From Stegostoma tigrinum (lineage: Eukaryota): a stretch of DNA of 64,000 bases. The notes beneath the pieces were generated by a model, which ran no database searches, had not been told where the DNA came from, and saw only the letters and a program-made list of their open reading frames with translations. Shown one piece after another: positions 1 to 11,126 of this stretch (position 1 is the stretch's first letter; the number at the start of each line of letters is the position of its first letter). The position numbers were made by a program, and so were the translations under genes. The stretch spans positions 2,294,001 through 2,358,000 of the forward strand of contig NC_081396.1 in the NCBI RefSeq assembly GCF_030684315.1, written 5' to 3'.

Positions 1-469
1 TTATAATGATCTAAATTTAGCTAGTTCTGATTGTTGGTGTCATTATTACATCTGGTTACTGGATCTATAGGAAATGGTGAAACATCCATTTTGTTGATAT
101 GACCTTTGAAGTAGAAATTGATGACGCAATAAAATAAACTTGAACACAACTGTTCACCCCAGTTCTGATATTGTCTTCATCCTTGGCATACTCCATGATT
201 CTCTCTTTGTCTCATTGGTGAGAATGAGAATTGGAATTTCAGAATTATTAACTGGTTGTTCACCCACGATTAACAGATCAGCAAAACTTATCAAAGTAAC
301 TGTCGACACTAGCGTGAACATTGATACTGTTGTCACGAGAAGCATAGAATTCTGCAAAGATCCTGATCAGAACTCCAAAACTAGATTTTCATGCAGTTCA
401 CCAGAGAGGCAATTTTACGGTGAAGCAGGTGAAATAGATTGAAGTCCACGCTTTAACTCACGGGGATGT

Positions 470-1690
470 CTTTCTCAAATTAAATATAATGCTCAACTTT
501 GTTTGGTGACTGGTCCCTATGAATATCTTCATTATGAGATCATTATTTAATCCTATATGGTCGCGCAGTGCCGTATCTACTAAGACCTCCTCTTCAGGTG
601 ACTCCACAACGGACAATTGTAAGAAATTATCGTGAACATTTTCCATGAACTCCCCATTGAGGCTGCCTTTAACCTTTGAACATTTATAGTATAAATGTAG
701 GTTACACCATCCCATGATTACATGGAACTACTGACAGTGACCATTGCTTCATATTTTATGCTGTACTTACTTTCTGATATGGGGGTGTGGCCACACACCA
801 TCCGCATTTCCTGCCTTTATGGTTTCACTCTCTCACCGAAACGGATTTTAATTCCTAGTTTCTCTAAGTTTGTGTTCCACTCTATTATATTTAATGTATA
901 TTACACTAACATAGCTAACCTCCACAATTTTCTACTTTCCTATCCTTCTTCAAACCTATATCCTTCCAATATTCAGATACCATTTCGTGTAGTTTTTTTC
1001 AGATGCCTCTAAGATATCCGCTAGATTATGCTTATTCACTTTGATTTACACTTTTGGTTTATTTATTTTGTTGAGAGTGTAACGCACATTCAGATACAGA
1101 GGCACTTAACACTTTATAGTTTTTTTGTATCCTCTCGTCATTTCTCTGATGTCTCCCTTAGATTTGTACTCTCTGTAACCTTATGTGATGGCCAGTTTTT
1201 TGTCACATTTAAACTATATCTTTCTTGGTACGTTTTCCATAATTTCATTTTTTATCCTATACCATTTAGTTTCAAATCTTCCCTACTTTCCTAATTATTC
1301 CATTGACATTAACAAAAAGTCCCAGCATCATTCAGCTTAATGTTGTCTCATCAGTGCAATTCCCGATATTCTCCCATTTTAGTGCTAGTACTTGACTTCT
1401 TCCACACCAATCTTTCAACGAATCATTTAATCTCTCTAACTCGATTTTTTCTTATTCCACGCGTTTCAGAAATATCCGAAGTTTCAAAATGACCTTTGAC
1501 ATTCTACTTCATATTCTCGTGCCTCATTCCTTGTACAAATTGTACAAAACTTCTTTTGTCTATCCACCTGTGTCATTCGTACATCTGTGACTTACGAATT
1601 TGGGATCCTGTCCCCATCGACCCTCTCCATCCCACTTTAAGTTCCTCTCCCGTAGAAGATGTGCCTAAAGCCTAGCACCAGTCGGCGGTT
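470..1690 (-). mobile_element. Old CR1-type LINE relic (endonuclease region and upstream sequence)
   Basis: ORF 458-715(-) EFMENVHDNFLQLSVVESPEEEVLVDTALRDHIGLNNDL resembles the CR1 APE segment EFLECIQD.FL.QYV.EPTR..AILDLVL.N..G.I.DL; heavily decayed. Confidence 0.55.
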
Positions 1691-2191
1691 TATATGATTC
1701 TGAATGGGATCAATAGTGCAGATACTAAACGGAAGTCTATTCTTGCTCAAGAATCTAGAATGAAGAGGGAAACATTAATGAAAAGTGTAGCTCCATTCAA
1801 GGGGAATTTGTGGAGGAAGTTATTTTCCTTCTGGGCCATCATTCTTTGGGATTCTGTTTCCCTGAGGATAAAGCCTTCAAAGTCATAATTGCTAGCTAAA
1901 GCAAGAATGAGGCTGAATGTGTTTAAATATGCAATGGAGCAAGATGATGAGCAGGATTGGCAAACAAACGGGGAATAGATTGGAGAGAGTCAATTGCATT
2001 TATTGCTCAGCTAACAGTGACTGGGCCACAGTTAATGACAGATCTGAGAAATCAGCCAGTTACAAACACTGCAGTACAGTGCTGAGAGTCTTATTAAGTA
2101 AAACCTGCTTTTGGTCTGCGTTCAGTCACTGATATGGAGTTGAAAGAGCAACATTTAAGCTATTGAATTATTTGCTACCGAGCTCAGCATC

Positions 2192-2660
2192 ATGGTATTG
2201 TCTACGTGATTAACTGGTACTTATGTCCATGCTGTACCGTTATTCTGATTTAAAGTTGTCATTGTATTCTTTTTAATGCATTCATACATTTCTTACGTTT
2301 TAAGTGCTTGTTACAGGACAGACTGGCCAAGATTCAGTTTTCCAAGATCCGCTACAGTTTAACGTTTATAAAGGACAGCCCCCAAACCTGAACTGTAGCT
2401 TCACCACACAATTCAGTAACCAACTCTCATCCAGTACATTCAGTGTCCCCCGGAATCGAATCTCTGAGATATCTGCTGAGGAGAGTCAACAAGGGAAAGA
2501 CAGATAAGTTTCCACGGTTTTTTGACCAGCTTTCTCTAATTTGGACGAAGACAAGCAAACAGTTTCATTAGATATTGCTATGGTTCATGTCTCTGACTCT
2601 GCCACGTATTACTGTGCAGTACCAGCAATACTGTTATAGAGCTGTAGCCAACCTACAGGA
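2192..2660 (+). pseudogene. TCR alpha/delta-type V pseudogene
   Basis: Leader-like exon 2192-2238 contains TGA; acceptor TTACAG| at 2316; exon reads GQTGQDSVFQDP...NLNCSFTTQ, is frameshifted, and ends LDEDKQTVSLDIAMVHVSDSATYYCAVP (YYC 2607-2615); RSS degenerate. Confidence 0.85.
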
Positions 2661-2830
2661 GACTCTTAGCAGCGTCTTCTTCAAGATTAGGGTCGCTGAT
2701 CGCCATTGTGAATTGTTAATATAGTCAAAACATAGAAAGACCAGTTTTCCAAAGATATTTTTCTGCATTGCATTCTGTAGAAAAACCTTCTTTACAGCAG
2801 TTGCTTGTAATTTTCATGGTACCACTCTTT

Positions 2831-3645
2831 TAGAACATAGAACATAGAACATTCCAGCACAGTACAGGCCCTTCGGCCCTCTATGTTGTGCCGACCTGTC
2901 GTACCGATCTCAAGCCCATCTAACCTACACTATTCCATGCAAGTCCATATGCTTATCCAATGACGACTTGAATGTACCCAAAGTTGGCAAATCTACTACC
3001 GTTGCAGGCAAAGCGTTCCATTCCCTTACTACTCCCTGAGTAAAGCAACTACCTGTGACCTCTGTCCTATATCCTTCACCCCTCGTGCTTGCCATTACCA
3101 TCCTAGGAAAAAGGCTCTCCTTATCCACCCTATCTACCCCTCTGAATATTTTATATGTTTTAATTAAGTCACCTCTCAACCTTCTTCTCTTTAATGAAAA
3201 CAGCCTCAAGTCCCTCAGCCTTTCCTCGTAAGACCTTCCCTCCATACCAGGCAACATCCTAGTAAATCTCCTCTGCACCCTTTCCAAAGCTTCCACATCC
3301 TTCTTATAATGCGGTGACCAGAACTGTACACAATACTCCAAGTGGGGCCGCACCAGAGTTTTGTACAGCTTCACCATAACCTCTTGGTGCTGGAACTTGA
3401 TCCCTCTATTAATAAAAGCTAAAACACTGTATGCCTTCTTAACAGCTCTGTCAACCTGGGTGGCAACTTTCAAGGATCTGTGTACATGGACACCGAGATC
3501 TCTCTGCTCATCTACACTACCAAGAATCTTACCATTAGCCCTCTACTTTGCCTTCTGGTTACTCTTACCAAAGTGCATCACCTCACACTTGTCTGCATTA
3601 AACTCCATTTGCCACCTCTCAGCCCAGCTCTGCAGCGTATCTATG
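2831..3645 (-). mobile_element. CR1/HER1-type LINE 3' fragment (RT C-terminus and tail)
   Basis: ORF 2925-3473(-) has LYKTLVRPHLEYCVQFWSPHYKKDVEALERVQRRFTRMLPG; (CATAGAA)n tail at 2831-2852. Confidence 0.95.
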
Positions 3646-4051
3646 AAAGCTATTTGAATGGAAAGAATTCATATGCATGAAAGTCCACATATTGTCCCAA
3701 ATGTCCTTGATCCATTGGATAGTTGTTGGGATGGGATTGTGTTGTCCATCAGCAGTTAATTTTTTTGGCAATTAATTTTAATGTGAAGCAGTTTAGGTTA
3801 TAATGTAATTGTATTGTGAACTGCAGTGAGCAGCCCGGGGCCCAGAATATTGCAATGCAAAAGGGACGCAACTTCTGCAAAAAGATCCTTTCGGGCACTA
3901 GAGAGCAGCATTGGAGAAAGTGCATTGATTTGTTTGACTTTTGTATTTTCTCCACTGGGTAATGTTCCAACTTCATCAGATATGACCCTTGCCAAAGCCA
4001 TCAGCAGCTACAGGACACAGTATCACCGAAGCACCATATCACAGCATTTAT

Positions 4052-4861
4052 AGTCATAGAGTTATAGAGTTATAGAGACATACAGCATGGAAACAGACAC
4101 TTTGGTCCAACTTATTCATGCCGACCAGGTATCCTAGATAAATCTAATCCCACTTGCCAGCATTTGGCCTACATCCCTGAAAACCCTTCCTATATATGTA
4201 CCCATCCACCTTCCTTTTAGATGTTGTAATTGTACCAGCCTCCACTACTTCTTCTGGCAGTTCATTTCCTACATGCACTTGCCTGTGCGTGAAAAAGTTG
4301 CCCCTTTAAAATCTTTCTTCTCTCACCTTAAACCGATGCTGTCTAGTTTTTGACTGCCCCCACCCCAGAGAAAAGAGATTGTACATCTACCCTATCCATA
4401 TATCTCATGATTTATGAATCTCTATAATGTCAATCCCCAGCCTTCGATGCTCCAGGGAAAAGTAGTGCCAGCCTATTCAGCCTCTTCATAACTTAACCCT
4501 CTAATCTTGGCAACATCCTTGTAAATCTTTTCTGAACCCTTTCAAGTTTCACAACATTGTTCCTATTGCAAGGTGACCAGACTTGCACGTAGGTTTCCGA
4601 AAGTGGCCTAAACAATGTCCTGTACAGCCACATCATGACCTCCCAATCCCTAAACTCAATGCGCTGACCAATAAAAGCAAGCATACAAAATGTCTTCTTC
4701 ACTATCCTATCCACCTGCAACTCCACTTTCAAGGAACTATGAACCTGCACTCCAAGGTCTCTTTGTTCAGCAACACTTCCCCAGATCTTACCACTAAGTG
4801 TAGAAGTCCTGCCCTGATTTGCCTTTTCAAAAGGCAGCACTTCACATTTATCTAAATTAAA
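4052..4861 (-). mobile_element. CR1-type LINE 3' fragment
   Basis: ORF 4493-4894(-) KCEVL..EQRDLGVQVHSSLKV..LERVQKRFTRMLP; short tandem tail near 4052-4078. Confidence 0.92.
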
Positions 4862-5233
4862 CAAAAAGGGTTTGAATTTTAGGTAGATCTGCAAATCTCT
4901 TAGTTAGGTGGAGCACTGACTCCTGGTAATAATGCATTGATACCATGTAGCATCTTTAATTGATGTAGTAACAAAGTTTTGATGCGGTACCAAAAATCTG
5001 CAAGCAGACTTTGAGGATTTTGAAAGCTTTTGAACTTCTAATTTCAGCTTGAATTAGCTAGTTGAAAAGCATATGGCAGATGAAATTTAGTGCAGTGAAA
5101 TGTGCAGTCATACGTTTTCATCAAATCAAGTGAAGACATACAAAGATGACCAAAAATAATTAAGGGGGTGGAATAGTACCGGAGACCTGGTAGGTGAGGA
5201 ATGATGTGGAGATCAGTGTCTTGAATGATTATG

Positions 5234-5445
5234 ATGTTTTGTACAGATCGAACTTCCCAGACTGCAGTTGTGTGGCTAAGCAGGTAATGAGCATTGCTTT
5301 GCAAATGACCCACGGTGGTAAGAATGGGTGAACTGACGTTTTAGCTCACACGGTTAGTTTCTGATCTCATACTGATGTCATCCCGAAGAGTGTCTTTCTC
5401 CACCTCTGTAACATCTCTTCACTTTGGTCTGTCACTGTTCATCTC
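5234..5445 (-). pseudogene. Internally deleted TCR V relic with residual 23-RSS
   Basis: Minus strand: acceptor CAGCAG|, FR1-like DVTEVEKDTL, decayed FR3, then CACAACT (5272-5266), exactly 23 nt, ACAAAACAT (5242-5234). Confidence 0.6.
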
Positions 5446-6023
5446 CTGCTGAAATCTTTTCACGACAGACAATGATAATCGAAACAATAACACCATTCGC
5501 TATTAACCATCACTGCCTGAAAGCAAAGATTGACCCTTCCAATAATCACGGATGGGGTTGATGCTGTCTCGTTGTTTTGTGGTGTCCCAGAGAGCAGCAT
5601 TTTTTGGGGCGGGGAGTGGTTTGGCTTATTTCAGAAACACGTTGGTAGAGTTTTGATGTTAACTAGAAAGAACTTCAGAGACCATGAAGGACGATGGATA
5701 TACTGTAGTTCAAAAGTTGTAGTTTGGAAGGGTAGAGCAGAATTAAATAGTTTAATGGCCTCCTGCACCTCCCATTCTGCGCCCATACGACCAGCTCTGT
5801 CGTCATTGACTGTGGAACAAAGGGCTTTTCAGCTGATTGGGTTTCTCCTCGTGTTTGTGTCAGATCTGAAACAATCGTCAGCAAGCCCGGATATGACATG
5901 TTCCCAACTTTGTGTTGAGACTGTTCAGCTGCTGTTTCTTCTATTCAAACCCACAATTCGTTCTGAGTTGATACAATTCAACTTCAGCTCCCTCTGACTA
6001 AACACACCATTGGTACTATTAAT

Positions 6024-6541
6024 ATGTCGGTGCTCATTGTTTTCTCATTCTTAACGGCAGCAGTTGTCTTAAGTGGTAAGTTGCTGAGTTGTAAAATATT
6101 TTCTTGTGTGCAATATGCGATTAAGCAGACTTCTCTTTGGCCGTGTTTCCCCGCGTTATACTACGTGCCCTTACTTTGGAAACAGCGATGATAACCGTCC
6201 TTTAAACGTCGTTTTGTGTTTGAAATTTCTGCAGGTGTTAATTGCGCAGATTCTGTCTCACAGAAGCCAGTTACAGCGATGAAAATCGAAGGAGAATCGT
6301 TGACTATTCATTTCCAATATTCGACAGCAACTAGTTCGTATTCGTTACAATTGTATCGTCAAGATCAGGGTAAATCATTGACATTCCTGATCTACATCCC
6401 TAGATACGGAAAGATCGTCAGAGCAAATGACGTTGGCGTTCGATTTTCTGCATCTCTGGACGTTTCGAACACAGAGGGGAATTTCACCATTAGTGATCTC
6501 CAACTGTCTGACAGCGGGGTATATTACTGTGGACTGAGAGA
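6024..6541 (+). CDS. TCR alpha/delta-type V gene segment, open frame (leader exon 6024-6075, V exon 6235-6541), non-canonical Ig fold
   Basis: MSVLIVFSFLTAAVVLS|GTAAG intron TGCAG|GVNCADSVSQKPVTAMKIEGESLTIHFQYS...LQLYRQDQGKSLTFLIYI...RFSASLD...FTISDLQLSDSGVYYCGLRD; phase-1 intron, no stops, followed by RSS. Confidence 0.93.
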
Positions 6542-6580
6542 CACAGTGACTGGAAGTAGAGGAAGGTTCGTACATAAACG
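6542..6580 (+). other. 23-bp-spacer recombination signal sequence
   Basis: CACAGTG (6542-6548) + 23 nt + ACATAAACG (6572-6580). Confidence 0.93.
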
Positions 6581-7524
6581 CTGCTACAAGACAACAAAAT
6601 GCAAACAGCAGTCGGGAATAACAGTTACTTTCTAAATTTAAACGAAAGCAAGTAACAAGTCGACAGCCATGATGCAGCTTGGGAACGTTTTCCTCTTCTC
6701 AGTTTATGTTGAACAACTTTCGCTTAAAACGCGAATATGAGATTAGAGTGTTTAACCCATGTGAAAATTAAAGACTTTGCAGTCGAATGACTATCAAAAA
6801 TTGTGTTCCAGGCGATAAAGAAGGCGCACACAACAGAATATGAAACAAAAGCTACTGAATGCTGCGGAATGCAGAGTAAACTTACATCAGCTCCTACTAC
6901 CTTACCTGGTATGTCTAGATTTGCAAAAGCAATTTCATCGAACTTTCAGTTACTTTTTCAACTCTGCATTTGTCCTCGGGCTAATTTCTAATTATTCAGG
7001 AACCATTGCTTGAACCTGGAGCTCACTATTCTTATGTTTCAGATTATTTCTGTAGTTAACTTGAATCATTAACTTCGAACTTTACATTGATAACAATCTC
7101 GTTGCTCCTGCTAATATTGTAGAGGCTTAGTATTAATACGTGTTAACATCTTTAACATTGAGACACCTGTAATCTAGTTATTGCAATTATTACGACTTTA
7201 ACCTGGCAGGCTTCAAGCGTCCGCTGAAAAAGTGATATTTTAAATCAAAACTGCCGGTTCTTTTCAGTGAGGTATTTCTCGAACTGCCAGACGAAGACAT
7301 ATCTTCTCCAAACCCACCCGAAGGATATATTTTCTTCATTGCATTTTCGAGTTCACAGAGATCGCAAAGTAAACAGCAGTGATTTCCTCCCTAGCACAGT
7401 TAGTGTTTGAATCAGTTTTGATGTGAACAACGTTTAATAATGTTTATGTAGATTATGATACAAATTTGCCAGTCCAGGAATCTCATGAAGTAACGGTGTG
7501 CGAGAACCTGCTGTAGCCAGCCCT

Positions 7525-7552
7525 CACAGGCAGCAGCTGTGACCCAGAAACC
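7525..7552 (+). other. Candidate 12-bp-spacer RSS facing the V pseudogene at 7585-7888
   Basis: CACAGGC (7525-7531) + 12 nt AGCAGCTGTGAC + CCAGAAACC (7544-7552; 7/9 match to ACAAAAACC). Confidence 0.4.
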
Positions 7553-7577
7553 TGAAGCAGACATTGGATGAGGCTTC

Positions 7578-8811
7578 CGCTGTGAAGCTCACTGCACAGT
7601 AATAAACAGCAGAGTCAAATAGCAGCATCTCCGAGATTGTCAATCGGTATCACTTCTCGAATTGCTGAACTGTGTCAGAAAATCGTTTCTGAGCAAAATC
7701 CGCCTTAAGTTCAGAATCACCGCTCTTATGTCTCCGGGCTGCGAACTCGGGCTCTCTGCCTGGTTGCTGACGGCACCAGAACACGTCATATGCATCACCG
7801 GTGTAGTTGCAGTTTAAAGTGACATTTCTCCCCTTTGTAGCTGTGAGCGAATGCTCCCCCTTAGCAGCAGAAACTCCCTCGCTCAGATCTGGAAACCAAG
7901 GTTAAAGAAAACGGAAATCATTGATTATAAGTTCCGTTGAAATGTCAAACTGACAGTGAAACAAATTCGCATTCGGTTTGACTTGACATTAAACAAGCAT
8001 TTTAACGTAAAATAAAAATATTCAAGAAATACTCCTGAGGCTGGAAAGTTCAGTTCTGAAGAAGGTTTGTTGATTCTAAAATTGTTTTATTATTGCTTTC
8101 TTTCCAAGATGCTCCCAGACTTACGGATTTTTCCCAGAAATTCCACATTTTGTTTTGAACATAAAGCCTACTTCGGCGTGTTGACAATCTGCACGACAAT
8201 CCACCTTACCCCTTGCTCTAATTTCATGGTTATGCCATTTTTTAAAAAAATCTCTGCATCATCTGTTTAGCTGACTTCCAGTTCATGACTTCATTGCGCA
8301 ACTCAACCAATCCTTGGTCCGATGAGTTCCATATTCTGAATCCAAAACAGGAGTCCCTTAAATTTCCTATTGGATCATTTTTTCTTTTCTGACTCTCATA
8401 AGTTGGACTCGTTATTTTCGAAACCTTCCCAGCCGAAAAGGTTTCTTCTATGCTGACACCACCAAATACTTCCATAAGTGTAAATATTCTTTTAGACTTA
8501 TCTTTATGAGCCAAAATAATTATCTCGTGTTGGATTGTAAGTTTCCGAAGCTATTATCCCTTATGGCTAGGATCATCACTGCAATGACACGTTTGTTTTG
8601 CGTTTTCTGCCCTTTTCCTCTACTTGCAAGGTACAGAGTAAATTGGCTCACAATAGCTCACGTGTAATACAGTCAGAATTCGATACTTGCTGAAAAGAAT
8701 ACTGATTTGGTTCGCACTTAAAAATACAGGAATTGAACCCTCTTCCTAAGTGTAAAACTTCTTACCTACAATAAATATTACTGAGATCACCAGGAAAACT
8801 GATAACTCCAT
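7578..8811 (-). pseudogene. TCR alpha/delta-type V pseudogene with a single in-frame stop (leader 8811-8766, V exon 7888-7585)
   Basis: MELSVFLVISVIFIV|GTAAG ... CCAG|DLSEGVSAAKGEHSLTATKGRNVTLNCNYTGDAYDVFWCRQQPGREPEF...RFSDTVQQFEK*YRLTISEMLLFDSAVYYCAVS; TGA at 7652-7650; heptamer CACAGCG at 7584-7578, no recognisable nonamer. Confidence 0.92.
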
Positions 8812-8849
8812 CACGGCTCCTCTGCTTCCTGGAGATTTGTTTATGTTTC

Positions 8850-8926
8850 TTATATATGCAGAATATCGACGAACAGAAAGAACAAAAAACCCTGAAATCA
8901 TTGGCTGGCATTCGTGTGATGTCACT
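8850..8926 (-). promoter_or_regulatory. V-gene promoter elements (CRE-like decamer and TATA-like box)
   Basis: Minus strand AGTGACATCA at 8926-8917 matches the CRE-like decamer of TCR V promoters; TATATA at ~8851-8857; both lie upstream of the leader ATG at 8811. Confidence 0.55.
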
Positions 8927-9039
8927 TTATTGACAACAAGAAGTTATAATCACTGAATCTAATTGATTATGCGTCTTTTCAGCCCCAAAATTTGGTGTTT
9001 CTGACTTTAACCTCACATTCTGCTGATCAGAGAATAAAC

Positions 9040-9250
9040 AGATAAATGTAGAGAACCTGATGCCCAATCAACCTGACAGTCTTCTCTTTAATCTGAACTA
9101 TTTATCTCAAAGAAGATCCTCGGTGTATTTTATTCACAGTGAATAATCAGACTGAACTTCTTGATGGGTTTGGTTTTGATTAATTTTGCACCAGAGACAC
9201 ACAAGGTGTTTTTATATGTCAGTGACTTGCGCCTGTGGAATGAATAGCAA
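9040..9250 (+). pseudogene. Possible highly decayed V relic
   Basis: Patches DPRCILFTV..DGFG and PETHKVFLYVSDLRL resemble FR2/FR3; no YYC motif or RSS. Confidence 0.25.
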
Positions 9251-9671
9251 TTGGGACTTTAAGCCTAAATGCAGGCCGAAATCCTGAGGAGAGCAGAGCT
9301 AGTAGAAATTCTCCACTGCAATGCATCTGGATTTTTTTTTTCTTGGGAGATGGAAATGATTGTCTTGGATTGTTCCTTCAAGCAGAACAGTTGCCAGAAT
9401 TGAAGGATTATCCTGAAGTGCAATTGGCATTTAGGGATTTATGACTGCGACATTTTTTTGCAAGATTATAGTCAATCCTTCGAGAAATATGTTCATTATG
9501 CATTAACTTCGTATGACGCTGTAGTACACTCCCATCAAAGAAACCTGATGAACAGATTGCAATGCAAGGTTCCAGGAAAATGACATTAGAATGTGGAAAT
9601 GTTGATCAGTGTCACATACAGATGCAGACATTGCTTCAAAGTATGAAGGAAACTAAATTATTATGATTCAA

Positions 9672-9940
9672 TAAGTGTGGAGTTTGCGCATTCTCCTTGC
9701 GTCTGAGTGGCTTTCCTCAAGTTGCTCTGGTTTCCTCCCACAATCGAAACATATGCAGATTAGGTGGACTGGTCATGCTAAATTGCTCAGTAATGTCCAG
9801 GCTTGTGCGGGCTAGTTGGATGAGCCATGAAAAATGCAGCATTATAGGAATGGGCGAGTCTTTTCGGATACTCTTTGGGGGAGCAGTCTGGACATGATGG
9901 TCCGAATGGTTTTCTTCCCGGTTGTAGCAGTCTATGATTT
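9672..9940 (+). mobile_element. HE1-like V-SINE fragment
   Basis: GTGTGGAGTTTGCGCATTCTCC..TGGTTTCCTCCCACAATC central V-domain-like sequence and CR1-like 3' end. Confidence 0.7.
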
Positions 9941-10084
9941 CTATTAGTAAATCAACTTATAAATGCTGGTTTAAATGCATATAGCCGAGCTGGAATACAA
10001 TAACATTATCTCAAACGTCACCATTTTTGGTGCATATTGTGGTTTGTTATGCTCTTTAGGGCGACTCAATAACTCAATGATTAT

Positions 10085-10400
10085 CACTGTCGCCTCACAG
10101 CCCAAGAAGCTGTGCATGATTCCAGCTTGCGGCGATGGTCTGTGTGGAGTTTATGCATTCACACAGTGAGTTTCCTGTGGGTGCCCCAGTTTCCTTCTAC
10201 ATTGCAACCATGTGCAGGTGAGGTGATTTAGCTATGCTGAATTGCCCATAATGCCCAAATATTCACAACTCCTATTGTTTAGCCTAGGGAAACGCAAGGA
10301 TAGAGAAAGAGACTGGGTGTGGATGGGATGTTGTTTAGAGGGCTGGTGTAGACTCAATGGACAGAATGTCCTGCTTCCACACTGTTGTGATTCTGTGATT
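10085..10400 (+). mobile_element. HE1-like V-SINE
   Basis: tRNA-like head (CACTGTCGCCTCACAGC..GATTCCAGC), TGTGTGGAGTTT core, ATTCTGTG tail. Confidence 0.7.
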
Positions 10401-10439
10401 GATTCCTGATGGTTAAAGTGAAGGTTAAATTCTTGCTTC

Positions 10440-10612
10440 AGTGATAGTGGGAACTGCGGATGCTGGAGAATCCAAGATATTAAAATGTGAGTCTGGATGA
10501 ACACAGCAGGCCCAGCAGCATCTCAGGAGCACAAAAGCTGACGTTTCGGGCCTGGACCCTTCCTGAGATGCTGCTGGGCCTGCTGTGTTCATCCAGCCTC
10601 ACATTTTATTAC
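10440..10612. mobile_element. Non-autonomous hairpin element derived from a Penelope-like pseudo-LTR, with TSD
   Basis: Inverted arms GATGAACACAGCAGGCCCAGCAGCATCTCAGGA / TCCTGAGATGCTGCTGGGCCTGCTGTGTTCATC; flanking direct repeat GTTAAATTCT(T/G)GCTTC at 10424-10439 and 10613-10628. Confidence 0.85.
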
Positions 10613-10709
10613 GTTAAATTCTGGCTTCTGTATATTGGTGCGATTGCACCCTCTCCTGGGCAAGACTGGGACTCTCAAGGCATGACTGAACAAATCTCTG
10701 CATCAATAT

Positions 10710-11126
10710 CAGCTTCTCAGCACGGAAATACGAGGCGTTGTCGGATGGAGGGCCCCGAGGATACTTAAAGGAACCACTTTGTTATCTTTGTGTAAGTCAA
10801 CAGAGAACCAGATTGCTAAGTCTAAAGGCTTATCTTCAGCCCTATCCTATACACCATCAGGAAGTATCTCGGAGTTTACTCGGTGTACCACAGCAGAATC
10901 CGAGAAAGGACAGCTGTTGAGTCACGACATTCGAGTATTGCACTGTGTACTTCCAGATCCGTTAATTCAGTTAAATCCTGAGATATCGAAACCTGGCCAC
11001 CAACCCTGTAATACAAACGCAGAGTGATTGAAAACGCAGGGAGGATGTACAATCTTGGGTGAAAAAGTAATTATTTTACCACTATATACTGACCGTTAAT
11101 ATGAGGAAAAGACACGGTGAGCACGT
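10710..11126 (-). pseudogene. TCR alpha/delta-type V pseudogene
   Basis: Leader relic 11126-11080 (ATG>ACG, TAG, GT donor); acceptor TTACAG|; VSISQDLTELTDLEVHSAILECRDS..LLWYTE*TPRYFL, frameshift, FSVDLHKDNKVVPLSI..SDNASYFRA (Cys104>Arg); RSS lost. Confidence 0.8.

Noticed and set aside
1-450. Ig-VH-like patches on the minus strand (FYASRDNSIN at ~320-350; GCFTIS..SSN at ~55-90)
   Set aside because: Could be very old V relics, but there is no continuous frame, WYRQ, YYC or RSS within the window; too weak to call
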